58,915 nucleotides of DNA. Origin: Thraustochytrium aureum (lineage: Eukaryota). Below, piece after piece: positions 48,099-58,915 of the stretch. Position numbers and translations under genes: made by a program. Each line of letters opens with the position of its first letter. The first letter of the stretch is position 1. The notes beneath the pieces were generated by a model. That model made no database searches. It was given only the letters and a program-made list of their open reading frames with translations, and was not told the DNA's origin. The DNA lies in contig BLSG01000330.1 of the NCBI GenBank assembly GCA_012862495.1, positions 1-58,915 on the forward strand, written 5' to 3'.

Positions 48099-49606
48099 AN
48101 NNNNNNNNNNNNNNNNNNNNNNNNNNNNNNNNNNNNNNNNNNNNNNNNNNNNNNNNNNNNNNNNNNNNNNNNNNNNNNNNNNNNNNNNNNNNNNNNNNNN
48201 NNNNNNNNNNNNNNNNNNNNNNNNNNNNNNNNNNNNNNNNNNNNNNNNNNNNNNNNNNNNNNNNNNNNNNNNNNNNNNNNNNNNNNNNNNNNNNNNNNNN
48301 NNNNNNNNNNNNNNNNNNNNNNNNNNNNNNNNNNNNNNNNNNNNNNNNNNNNNNNNNNNNNNNNNNNNNNNNNNNNNNNNNNNNNNNNNNNNNNNNNNNN
48401 NNNNNNNNNNNNNNNNNNNNNNNNNNNNNNNNNNNNNNNNNNNNNNNNNNNNNNNNNNNNNNNNNNNNNNNNNNNNNNNNNNNNNNNNNNNNNNNNNNNN
48501 NNNNNNNNNNNNNNNNNNNNNNNNNNNNNNNNNNNNNNNNNNNNNNNNNNNNNNNNNNNNNNNNNNNNNNNNNNNNNNNNNNNNNNNNNNNNNNNNNNNN
48601 NNNNNNNNNNNNNNNNNNNNNNNNNNNNNNNNNNNNNNNNNNNNNNNNNNNNNNNNNNNNNNNNNNNNNNNNNNNNNNNNNNNNNNNNNNNNNNNNNNNN
48701 NNNNNNNNNNNNNNNNNNNNNNNNNNNNNNNNNNNNNNNNNNNNNNNNNNNNNNNNNNNNNNNNNNNNNNNNNNNNNNNNNNNNNNNNNNNNNNNNNNNN
48801 NNNNNNNNNNNNNNNNNNNNNNNNNNNNNNNNNNNNNNNNNNNNNNNNNNNNNNNNNNNNNNNNNNNNNNNNNNNNNNNNNNNNNNNNNNNNNNNNNNNN
48901 NNNNNNNNNNNNNNNNNNNNNNNNNNCGAGCATCGAGCGAGGGCCGCTGGATCGAGCGAGCTTCGCGCGAGGTCGACTCGCGCGTATGCGAAGCCCTTGG
49001 AGCGTGCAGGCAGAGAACGACTCTGGCAGCGAGGGTCAGGCTGGACACCGCGGTTTGCTCGTTTGGCTGGCGCTCTGGAGACTGTTCGTCTTGCGAGGCG
49101 CGTGGGATTGCTGCGGATTTTTGCGGACGTCGGCCTTGCCAACGAGGCCTCGACCTCCAGCTCACTTCGCCGCTGTGCAGGCGGAGCGCGGCGACAGCAT
49201 GCCGCCTCGGGAAACGGGGAGGGCATTTTGCAGCGATGGGTCAAGTCCTCAGCTGAGCGAGATCCAGAGCGGGCTTGACGAGGAAGTGCCCACGGCGCAT
49301 GGACGCGGCTGCTGCATCATGGGAGCTCAACCTCAGCATTGCATGCACAGCTGGAGCTGCTGTGCGAACTTGTTCTGGTCGCCTTGTGGCGTGCTCATGG
49401 AGCTCTAGTAGTTTCAGCAGAGCCTACATCTATCGATCGAGCCACGTTTGCTGTCGCCCTGGCGTCGAGAAGGTGCTGGAGGAAGCGGCAATGCCTGAGC
49501 AAGCTGCAAGTGTGGATGGCTTGCTGTGCTTCCACAGAAATGGTGAGATTGGTCTGGTTCTACAGGTAAGCGACAAAAAGGTAATCTAGGGGATGCCGGG
49601 CGGAGC

Positions 49607-51054
49607 CTACTCCTCGTCGTCCGAGTCGAGCGGCTCGCCAAGGCTCGCGATCCACTTGACGTAGGTGCAGAGAAACTCCTGATAGGTGATGAAGCCGTCC
49701 GAGTCCCAGTCGAGCTCCTTCCACCGATTCTCAGAAAGCAAATCCGCCATCGGCGATGGCTTGTGTTCAGGCTTGTTTAGCGGGGCCATGCGCTTCCCAC
49801 TCGCGTTTTTGTTGGCGCCGGTTTGCGAGTTTCGGCGCTTGCGCACTTCCTTCGTTGTTTTGGTCATCTCGCTCTCTCCGGTCGACTGATTGATTACACG
49901 CTCCATCTCGGAAAAGGTGATTGTGCCAGTGCAGCTCGTGTCGAAAGCAAGATAGAGCTCCGTGGCGAGCTCAAACACGCGGCGAACACCCCGCGCGTCA
50001 GTAAAGACCTCTTTGCGCGGCGACTGACGCGCCGAGCCGCGGCCACTTGATTTAGCTGCAGGCTGGGTTTCTTCCTTTGCCTGCCCTGCGTCGGCAGTGG
50101 GCGCCACTGTCTGCTCAGTGCCAACAACCTCTGCTGATTTGTCGCCTTCCGCGGCGCCAGCCGTGCCCTCCGGGGGCGCTGCCCCTGCGCTCTGGTCGCT
50201 TGAGTCGGCAGTTTGGGCGCCAGGAAGACTGTCTGGCTCTGCCCCGTCCTTGGGCGTCGGCTCCGTTTTCGCCACTTCTTCTGCAGCTGCGGCTGCCGGG
50301 GTGGCGACAGGCGCTACCGCAAGTTTGGGCGCAGGGATCGTCGGCCCCTCATCGAGGTCTGGGATCAGCTTGAGCAGGTACCCGAGCGCAAGGCAGGTGA
50401 GAAACTCCTTAAAGTTGATCTTGGAGTCAGTGAAGACGTCGGCCTCAGTGAAGATCTGGTCGACCGTCTCCTTCTCGATGTTTGGGTTGAGCTGCTTCAT
50501 CAGCACATACCTGCGGAGCGAACGTAATTAGAGTGAGCTAGGGGATCTTAGAGCCTGCGGCTCGCGGAAAGCGCGTTGCGATGGACTTACAGTTCGTCAA
50601 TCTCCAGAGAGCCGGAGCGGTCCGTGTCCGTCTTCTCGAACAGGGCATGGAGCTCGGAAAAGGTTGTCTGCATCTTGGGGAAGTTGAGCAAAACCTGTTT
50701 AATTGGAGCGCGCGCCACTTCATCATTAGTTGCCTGATGCAAACCTGCCCCGTCCGCAGTGCTCCGCAAACGGCGCCAGAGCGCACTTACCCTGTTCATG
50801 ACCGACTTATTTTTGAGGCCTTGGGCAAGTCGCTCTTTGTTCAGGGCTCGGAGCGTCGCCACAACTTTGCGCTCCAGCTCGTTTTCGGGTGCATATGGCT
50901 TTTTTGGCTCAGGGTGGGCTCCGCGTGGCGTAGGCTCAACCTCCACCAACGAGTTCGAGCGCCCGCCAACGTCAAGGCTCTTGTCCGTGTTTGCCCTTTG
51001 CCCGCTCGCCGAGTTTGGCCGCGCCGCGTGACTGTGGCTCATCCCGCCCCCCAT
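49607..51054 (-). CDS. EF-hand calcium-binding protein (CML21/22-like); probable introns 50790-50695 and 50590-50511
   Basis: MGGGMS start; EF loops DTDRSGSLEIDE, DVFTDSKINFKE, DTSCTGTITFSE, DWDSDGFITYQE; GTAAGT donors and CAG acceptors keep the frame. Confidence 0.85.
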
Positions 51055-51251
51055 TTCTCTCCCCTTCAAGCCAACCGAGCAGCTGCCTCCGCCTGCCTCG
51101 CCTTCGTAGCGAGCGTTCAGGCGGTCGCGCCTTCGGTCATGCGCTGCAGCGGCGCTTGTGCACTAGCCACGGAGACGGCGCCGAGCAATCCGCGGCAGAA
51201 ATTCCGCAGCGCAGGCGCGTCCGGGCAGCCGGCCGCCCTATCGACTCTGCA

Positions 51252-51253
<2 letters not shown>

Positions 51254-51282
<29 letters not shown>

Positions 51283-51298
51283 ATCATGATGATGATGG
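51254..51298. repeat. (CTG)n/(ATG)n trinucleotide microsatellite
   Basis: Read directly, just before a gap. Confidence 0.8.
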
Positions 51299-51910
51299 GC
51301 ATCGAGAGCGCGNNNNNNNNNNNNNNNNNNNNNNNNNNNNNNNNNNNNNNNNNNNNNNNNNNNNNNNNNNNNNNNNNNNNNNNNNNNNNNNNNNNNNNNN
51401 NNNNNNNNNNNNNNNNNNNNNNNNNNNNNNNNNNNNNNNNNNNATCGACAAGTAGAGGGTCAACGTCGCGTTGAATGCTTTAGATTAGCGCGAGGGGTCG
51501 AGCGAGGCTGCTCGACTGGGGCCCTGGAGACGAGAGAGAGCCGCAGGGCGTGGCAAGCTGGCGCGGGATGCGAGCGGTGTGGACTTTGGTTATATCTCGA
51601 TTTGACTCACTGCCAGGCACAGCTGAAATTCGTGCTGTTTGCACTGACTGCGCGCCGCGATTCCTCGGCGCAACGGATCCCGCGCGCTCACGACCTCAGA
51701 ACCGACGCAGAAGACTTACTGATGCGGGCCAGCGCGCCGTCACTCTAGAGGCCGCGACCAAAAAAATCCTCTTGACGCAGCGATTGAGTGAGTCCCGGGC
51801 GGCGTTGCTCTGCCACCCAAACCCCCACGATTTCCCTCGATGGGACCAACACCAACATGGGTGCCTGGCAGCTCGGCCAGGAAGAGTTGCCGTTCGAGCT
51901 TCGCGGGATC

Positions 51911-53340
51911 TCAGGCCTCGAGGTAGCGGATCCGAGGTAGTTCGCGGCCGCGCAAACCAGCAAAGTCCGCTGCGTACTTGTTCGCGATAAACAACGAACG
52001 GCGCGATCCTGGGTATGGAAAACTGCCCTGCTCGATAAAGGTGACCGTGCCAGGGCTCGCCGAGTTGAGGACCACCGGGGAAACGTACCGCCAGCACTCT
52101 TGGCCCGCAGGCGTCACCTCCACAATAATGGCCATAGACCCATGTTAACGAGCGTGTTGCCATTCTGGAGCCGCTGGCAGCTGCTGATGTGCGTGCAGTA
52201 GAAGGACCCGAGTTGGTTGGCCGGCGGGCCGAACGTCCACACCGGCTTCTCCGGGCCAAACGGCCGGTGAGTTTCCCGCACATACTTGCCAGAGCCACGG
52301 ACCGTCTCTGGAAGCTCGAGCTCGTCGACTGTCGAGAACGGTCGGTCCGGGATGCGCCCGTTGTTGAAAAGCAAAACATTGCCCTCACCAGGGCAGCCCC
52401 GAATGAACGAGACAGAGTGCTGCGTGAACAGCTTTTGGTCAACGCTCGTCCCCAAACCGCACATTTGCGGGTTTCCCCACCGGTACACGATTTGCTTTGA
52501 TTCGCGGTCCACGATCAGAATCTCGCTTTGCGTGTTGACGGAAAGCAAAATCTGGTTGCGGACGGGATCGAAGGATAAACTGTTAATGTGTAGCCAGTCC
52601 TTCTCGCCAGTGCTGCCACTCGTTTTGATGTCGCACGCATCAAGACCCGGGGCGCCGCCGCCCAACAGAGTGAGGCGGTTGCGCTGCCCCTGCTTGCCGC
52701 CATTCGGGCAGGCGTTGATGTCGTACGACGCAATCGAGTTGGCTCCGTCGTCGGTCTGCAGCGAGTCTCTGGGCGCCGAGCTTGTCGAGTGATCTAAGAG
52801 CGACCAGGTCCACACCACCTCGGCGCTCTGGGTCTCTGGGTGGGGCTCGACCTCGCAGACCATGTTGTCCCAGAGCTCGCCATCGGGGAGCAAGTCTGCG
52901 CGCCGCCCGCGGCGTTTTGCTTCCGTTGCGTCGACCCTCTTCCACACAAGCACAAGCACGTTGCCGTTCGGCATCACTTCGAGCGAATGGTGGCTCAAGT
53001 ACTTGTAGAACGGAACGAACTGAGTCTGCCACACGAGCTCGCCTTCCCAAGTCACCTCCTCCACGTGGCCAGCCGCACCGCCTGCCATAAAAAGCGGCGC
53101 GTCCAGGTTCTCAGACCCGTCGCGCAGGAGGTTGCCATTCTCACGCAAGTACGCCGCGAAGACAATCCTCTTCGCCCTCCACTCGTGCCGCAGCACGCCG
53201 TCCTCGTCGATCAAGTACGTGCACTTCCCGCCGCTCAGAAGAACAAATCCGGGGAGCACTTCCTCCGTCCTGTTCACCACGCCGACGGTCCGTTCATGCG
53301 GCTTCAGCATGGCCGACCGCTGGAAGCTCGTCCACGCCAT
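51911..53340 (-). CDS. Aryl-sulfate sulfotransferase (ASST, bacterial-type beta-propeller); frameshift ~52135
   Basis: YLIDEDG, YLRENGNLLR, SHHSLEVMPNGNVL, DWLHINS, YRWGNP, TQH, LLFNNG, SSCQRLQNGNTLV, EVTPAG..WRYVSP. Confidence 0.85.
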
Positions 53341-53505
53341 CCTCCACGCCTCGCGTTGCCTGCGCGACCTTCGACCTGCCAATCGACTTTTCCACAGTGC
53401 CACGAGCGCCGCAGCAGCTCCTGATGCTCACGAGCCCGGCCTCCACTTGAACGCGCTGCGTCAAGAATGATACGATTTTCGGGTCGTCGTCGTGCCTGCT
53501 CGATA

Positions 53506-53653
53506 CGCGCCTGCCTGCCTGCCCGCCTGCCTGCCTGCTCTGCTTCGCCCGCCCGCCTGCCTGCTCTGCTTCGCCTGCCTGGCTGCCTGGTTGTCTGGCT
53601 GGCTGTCTGGCTGGCTGGCTGGACGGCTGGCTGGGCGTTTGGACGGCTGGCTG
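53506..53653. repeat. (CTGC)n then (CTGG)n tetranucleotide microsatellite in the divergent ASST/GTDC1 intergenic region
   Basis: Read directly. Confidence 0.75.
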
Positions 53654-53682
53654 GGGGTCTGGATTCTGCGCGGGAGTGGCGA

Positions 53683-55122
53683 ATGTCCAACGAGTCTGGG
53701 GCGGCGATGGCGCGACGCGCGGCGGTGGTCGAGCCGTTCTTGCACGGCTCGCACGCGTACTTGTGCGATGTTCTGAAGACGACGCCTGGGGTCGAGGTGC
53801 AGGTGTACGGGCTGGAAGGACGGTCCAAGTGGCATTGGCGCATGTTGGTGAGCGCGGCGCACTTTTGCAGCCTGCTCACCGAGCTGGCGCTGCGGGACGT
53901 GGACGTGGTGGTCTTCTCCGCGATGCTCAANNNNNNNNNNNNNNNNNNNNNNNNNNNNNNNNNNNNNNNNNNNNNNNNNNNNNNNNNNNNNNNNNNNNNN
54001 NNNNNNNNNNNNNNNNNNNNNNNNNNNNNNNNNNNNNNNNNNNNNNNNNNNNNNNNNNNNNNNNNNNNNNNNNNNNNNNNNNNNNNNNNNNNNNNNNNNN
54101 NNNNNNNNNNNNNNNNNNNNNNNNNNNNNNNNNNNNNNNNNNNNNNNNNNNNNNNNNNNNNNNNNNNNNNNNNNNNNNNNNNNNNNNNNNNNNNNNNNNN
54201 NNNNNNNNNNNNNNNNNNNNNNNNNNNNNNNAACCTCGTGTGGAACCAGATCGTTAGCTGCGTCTGCGCAGACCAGGTGCTCTTCAACAGCGCTTACAAT
54301 ATGGAGTCGTTCTTCAGCCTTGCGGCGCCCTTCCTGAACAAAATCCCGCGCTCGCACCGGCCTGCGGGCGTCAACCTCGCCGATCTCCGCCAAAAGGCCT
54401 CGGTGCTCTACCTGCCGATTACCGTTCCGCTAGTCGACCGCGCGAGCGACAGTGGCGGGCGCCGGCCGGGTCCCCTGCACTTGGTGTGGGCGCATCGGTG
54501 GGAGCACGACAAAGGTCCCGAGGCGCTCTTGACACTCTTGCGCGAGCTTGACACTGTCGCGCAGGCTTCAGGCGGGCCCATCCTCGTGCTATCGGTGCTT
54601 GGGGAGGTCGCGCCTGCCGCGCAGGCTGAGTTTCAAGCTGCGCGTGAAGCGATTCATGACGGTTCGGTCGTCGTGCGGCACTGGGGCCGGCTCGAGAGCC
54701 GAGACGAATACCTCGCTGTGCTGCGCGAAGCAGACGTGGCGCTCTCTACAGCAGTTCACGAGTTCTTTGGACTCTCGATGGTGGAAGCCGCAACCTCTGG
54801 CTGCTTGCCGATCTGTCCAAATCGGCTTTCGTACCCGGAGCTATTCCCGCGCGACTCGTTGTACAACACAGAGCGGCAGTTGTTCAAGCTAGTGCTGTCA
54901 TTCTGCAAGAATCCAAGCCTGCCACGCAAGAAAATGTCTTCCCCAGAGTGGCGCGAACGCCTTGAGCGGTTCCAGTGGGAAACCAGGTCGGCTGCCAAAT
55001 CAGAGTCTAGCTCTGGCAAGAGCGACTCGACGACAAGAATTGCGACTTGTGCGGGCCCCGCCGCGTCAGCATGGGCCCAGGTCTTAGGCGCCGCGCGCGG
55101 CCCGGCCTCTACCTCTCGCTAG
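53683..55122 (+). CDS. GTDC1: GTDC1-like GT-B glycosyltransferase (tRNA-queuosine alpha-mannosyltransferase family); internal gap
   Basis: EPFLHGSH, KWHWRM, NQIVSC..ADQVLFNSAYNMESF, WAHRWEHDK, STAVHEFFG, CPNRLSYPELFP. Confidence 0.88.
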   Translation: MSNESGAAMARRAAVVEPFLHGSHAYLCDVLKTTPGVEVQVYGLEGRSKWHWRMLVSAAHFCSLLTELALRDVDVVVFSAMLXXXXXXXXXXXXXXXXXXXXXXXXXXXXXXXXXXXXXXXXXXXXXXXXXXXXXXXXXXXXXXXXXXXXXXXXXXXXXXXXXXXXXXXXXXXXXXXXXXXXXNLVWNQIVSCVCADQVLFNSAYNMESFFSLAAPFLNKIPRSHRPAGVNLADLRQKASVLYLPITVPLVDRASDSGGRRPGPLHLVWAHRWEHDKGPEALLTLLRELDTVAQASGGPILVLSVLGEVAPAAQAEFQAAREAIHDGSVVVRHWGRLESRDEYLAVLREADVALSTAVHEFFGLSMVEAATSGCLPICPNRLSYPELFPRDSLYNTERQLFKLVLSFCKNPSLPRKKMSSPEWRERLERFQWETRSAAKSESSSGKSDSTTRIATCAGPAASAWAQVLGAARGPASTSR

Positions 55123-55292
55123 AGCTCTACTCTAGCTCGAGCTCTACTCGAGATCTCTGTTTGGGGACAGCAAGACACGGCGCACTCGAGCCTGGGACAT
55201 TCAAGGTTGCGGATTCAGATGGACCTGGCTGGGTTGGCTGTACTCGTATCGTTGCTGTAAGGGCGACCTCCGGCGAGCGGGGCGACCCGCGT

Positions 55293-57259
55293 CTATGAGA
55301 ATAGGTTGCCGATGTCTGTTTTGGCTTGCACGGGCCGCAGAACATCGTCAACAAGAAAGCGCTCAAGTCGATGGCTGAATGGGATAAGCCCGTCGCGCGT
55401 CTTGAGCTCGCAGCACCAGACAAGGATGTCGAAAAAGCTGTCAAAGCCAATCGCCTGGCGGTCCGAGTCGCCCACATACCTGCACACTGCGACCACTGTC
55501 GCTAGGACGGCTTCCAAGTTGCGGTCGTACCGGTCCACGTACCCAATGACGCGAAACAAGTGGATGAGCTGCTCAACGCGAAGCTCTCCAGTGCCCTGGT
55601 TTTGCGTCCCGAAATATTCGTACAGCCGCCGAAGCCGCGGCTCATATAATGAACGAAGCTCCAGCACGCGCTTAGACCGGTTCAGTATCGCTCGTAGCTC
55701 CTTCAGGTGGGCTGTTGCGGCGCGCAACAGCGGCAACTCAGCCGGCTCGTCGTCCTCGCAGCTCACTCCGCCTGCTGACCGCAAGACTGGCGCGATCACG
55801 TGCTTGTCAAATCCGTAGAAAACTCGCTCCCGAAGGCTGAGCGAGGACGACTGGTTCGAGTTGCGCAGCGCCTGCTGCTGCTGGAGCTGCTGCTGGTGCA
55901 GCGGGTGCAGCTGCGTGAGCTTGACCGACGGCTGGTAGCGCTTAACAACCAGACGAGCGACGCCCTCGAGAAACTTGGGGAAAAGCACAAAGTCGTCGCA
56001 GCGCGGTGCCTCTTCAAGGCCCTCTTGTTCTTGATCGGCCTTGCCTTCCCCGCCCTCGCGTCGTCACGGCAGGGCACTCGGCGAGTGATGTGGCTCCAAA
56101 CCTGCTCAAAAGCTTCCTCTCCAAACTTTTCGGTCAGGAGGCGCGAGCTCACACAAAACCTCCAGAACTCGTCCTCGGTCATCCGGGCCCACAGCCCGAG
56201 CGGCTCCACCTTGGCCATTGCAATGGACGAGCGGTCGCTTTCAAACTCGGCTATGAGCTCGTCGGTGCGCGAAGTCGTTGAGGACGCGCCTGCGAGACCT
56301 GGCCCCAGCATGCGCTTGTTGTAAAACCCTTTTTGGCGTCCAGACACTCTGCTGGTGTTCCGGTCAGGAGCGGCAGTGAGGCCGCGCCCTCGCGCAACGC
56401 TCGCGCCTTGGCCGCCCCCTGGCATCGCAAGGTTTGCTGCAAAAGCAAGAAAGAGCTGCTTGGAGTTGTGAGCAAGAAACGTGGTGATTGCCTCGTGCTC
56501 CCGCTTCCGGTCAAAGGCGCGCTCGTCTGGCATGACGCTGTTCCAAAACGCCTGCTCGTCGTCAAATACGTCTTCCAAGTCAAAGGTCGCGCCGTGGGAG
56601 GCCAAGCTTTTGCGAGCACTCGCAAAGTCTGTGGCGGCGTCTTCGTGCAGGCCGCGTGCAGACGTGGCAGGATAGTTGTCGTATTTCGAGGCGTGGCGAT
56701 GGCGATGCTTGCGCAGTCCATGAATGCTTGCATAGAACCCTTGCACGAGGTCCTCGTCGGTGGGATGGTGCTCGAGCCCCTGTTTAAAGCACTCGGATGC
56801 TTCTGCAAAGCGCTCTGTTTCGATCAGTGCTTCGCCCTTGAGGAGGTACGCTTTTTGCAGATCAGGCCTGCAGTCGAGGGCCAAGTTTGCGTCCTCGATG
56901 GCTTTGTAAAGGTTGCCTACTCGTTGGTAGGCGCATGCCCGCCGGACCAGCAGTTTGGCAAGCCACGTATTTTCTCGATCGTCCAGATCGGCAGCCCCCG
57001 CGTCCATGAGCACGTCGATCGACTCAGAGTACGTCCGGATCGCCTTGACGAAGTCGCCTCGCTTGAACGCTTCGCGTCCGCGCTTGCGCGTGTCGACAAC
57101 ATCGCTGCGAAAGTCCGCCTGAGCGCAGGCCACGATAGAATCATCCTCTACGTGGTTGCCGTCCACGTCGCTGCGCGCTCGCGCAGCTCCCGGCCCGGCC
57201 TCATTCACTTTGGCTTCAACCGCAGCGGGTTTCCCGCCTTCGCGCCTGTCCATCGACAT
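55293..57259 (-). CDS. TPR-containing protein (frameshift ~55990)
   Basis: TPR triplet RKRGREAFKRGDFVKAIRTYSESI..RRACAY..AIEDANLAL..KAYLLKGEAL; downstream helical region continues in a second frame. Confidence 0.75.
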
Positions 57260-57591
57260 GGCTCTTTCGCGCCAAAATCGGCAGGAAGACGGCGATCACC
57301 AGGACGGAGCCGCTCTGCTCGCGTCGCTCGCGTCAGTACCGTGAGTGGACTGCATGAGCGACCAAGCGAGCAGCCTGCCGGCGAATCGGGCGCGGACCAC
57401 TTCGACCGCCAACATCGTGAACGGACCAGAATCCCTCTAAAANNNNNNNNNNNNNNNNNNNNNNNNNNNNNNNNNNNNNNNNNNNNNNNNNNNNNNNNNN
57501 NNNNNNNNNNNNNNNNNNNNNNNNNNNNNNNNNNNNNNNNNNNNNNNNNNNNNNNNNNNNNNNNNNNNNNNNNNNNNNNNNNNNNNNNAAA

Positions 57592-58737
57592 TTGACGCAA
57601 TGGGGCCTCTTCGTGCTGATCGCTGAGGCGCAGCTGGAGTTGGGCAGCCCCGTGCTGATCGGCATGGTGCCCGCCGCGGTTCGCGCGACGGAGCTCGAGT
57701 CCGCCTTTGCGATCCAGGATGTCAAGCCTGGAGACTTGCTTGGACGGACCGCGGTGGTCACTGGCGCGAACAGCGGCGTCGGGTTCATGACGGCACTCCA
57801 TCTGGCCCGGTGCGGCGCCAACACGATCATGGCGTGCAGGAGCGAGCGAAAGTGCCGGCGCGCGGCTGGGCTGATCCAGGAATCGCTTGCAGCGCTGCGG
57901 GAAAGTGGGCAGCAGGTGGGCAAGACGGTGCCTGTGACCATGGACGTTTCGTCGCTCGCGTCGGTGAGAGAGTTCGCCGAAGCGTTTTCGAAGGTGGCCA
58001 AGGCGGTTGACATTCTTGTTCTGAACGCGGGTATCACTCCAAGCTCGGTGCGCGGCGGCACGCAGGTCGTCCTGACTGAAGACGGCGTGGAGACGGTGTT
58101 TGCGACCAACCACCTCGGCCACTTCCTTCTGACGCGCACGCTCATGCCGGCGCTGCGCCGTAGCGCAGCTGCCTCGGGAGATACTCGGATCGTCGTCGTC
58201 TCGAGCGCGTCGCACTATATGTCGCCCTCCGACACGGAAGCGGCGCTCGAGAGCCGCGACGCGCTGAACGACCCTGCTCACTATCGTGAGCGCTACGCGC
58301 TGACCAAGCTCGTCAACGTGCTATTTGCGCAAGAGCTGGCGCGCAGGCTCGGCGACGCTTCTGGGTTTTTCGTCAACGCGCTCCACCCCGGAATGGTCGA
58401 GACGAGCATTTGGGACGACCAGGTCACCAAGTGGCGGGCTGCATTGGAAAGGAGCACGTTTCTCGCGCCGCTTGCCGAGCCGTTGCTTGCAGCATTTGCG
58501 AGCATGCGCCAGCAGTTCATGTGGAGCACACAAGAGGGGACGCGCACGCAGTTCTACCTTGCTGCGTCTCCGCTTGTGCGCGAACGCCGCCAACACGGTC
58601 TTTATTTTCACCCTGTGGCGCGTCAAGTGCAAGCCAGTCACGAGGCCCAGGGCGAGCGTGGCGCCTCCCTTGCTGCCAAAGTCTGGGCTCTCAGCGAGCA
58701 ACTCGTTGGGCCGAACGAGGGCGCCTGGCTGGCTTAG
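57592..58737 (+). CDS. Short-chain dehydrogenase/reductase, retinol-DH/WWOX-like (5' end in gap)
   Basis: TGANSGVG, VLNAG, FATNHLGHFLL, VVSS, YALTK, NALHPG. Confidence 0.92.
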   Translation: MTQWGLFVLIAEAQLELGSPVLIGMVPAAVRATELESAFAIQDVKPGDLLGRTAVVTGANSGVGFMTALHLARCGANTIMACRSERKCRRAAGLIQESLAALRESGQQVGKTVPVTMDVSSLASVREFAEAFSKVAKAVDILVLNAGITPSSVRGGTQVVLTEDGVETVFATNHLGHFLLTRTLMPALRRSAAASGDTRIVVVSSASHYMSPSDTEAALESRDALNDPAHYRERYALTKLVNVLFAQELARRLGDASGFFVNALHPGMVETSIWDDQVTKWRAALERSTFLAPLAEPLLAAFASMRQQFMWSTQEGTRTQFYLAASPLVRERRQHGLYFHPVARQVQASHEAQGERGASLAAKVWALSEQLVGPNEGAWLA

Positions 58738-58915
58738 GTTGCCCCGCGAGGCCGCAGGCGGCACAAGAGCGGCGCAAGAGCGGCGCAAGTCGACCAGGTG
58801 AACAGAGCTCCCGTCGGTACAGCTCGTGTGGCGTCCGCTGGCAAGGCCTTGCTCCCCTTCTTGCGTGAGGCCTCGGTGGGATTCCCTTCGCACGAGTAGA
58901 AGAGGCTAAGACGCA

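Noticed and set aside
9653..57259. Frequent frameshifts as programmed ribosomal frameshifting, RNA editing or mass pseudogenisation
   Set aside because: Several sit at homopolymers (C7 at 12431, GGG at ~14302, T7 at ~26933) with no shared slippery or stop motif. They hit conserved genes that have no in-frame nonsense decay, and the assembly is gappy, so sequencing error is the simplest explanation.
1..58915. Transposon, endogenous virus, rRNA or tRNA genes
   Set aside because: No transposase, RT, integrase or capsid motifs, terminal repeats or structural-RNA signatures were recognised; gap contents cannot be assessed.

Overview
GC-rich, gene-dense eukaryotic draft scaffold with many N-gaps. 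It has few, short GT-AG introns, several with CTAA-type branch sites, and many single-base frameshifts, often at homopolymers and so probably assembly errors. The style suggests a protist, possibly a labyrinthulomycete/thraustochytrid stramenopile; this is an inference only. About 22 protein genes or fragments are visible: BTB-BACK-WD40, SLC37-type MFS, cyclin B, M17 aminopeptidase, COG0523 GTPase, sideroflexin, ankyrin protein, SWEET, a ~2,350-aa kinase-like/NACHT/ankyrin NLR-like protein, a small myristoylated RyR-repeat protein, an M14-like peptidase, a voltage-sensor-like 6TM-RGS fusion, tubby, coiled-coil unknowns, LRRC40-like, EF-hand, aryl-sulfate sulfotransferase, GTDC1/QTMAN, TPR and SDR. 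The best candidates for novelty are the phosphotransferase-NACHT-ankyrin STAND protein with its convergent RyR-domain neighbour, and the ion-channel-like module fused to an RGS domain instead of an adenylyl cyclase. All family calls come from motif recognition by eye; no database search was run.
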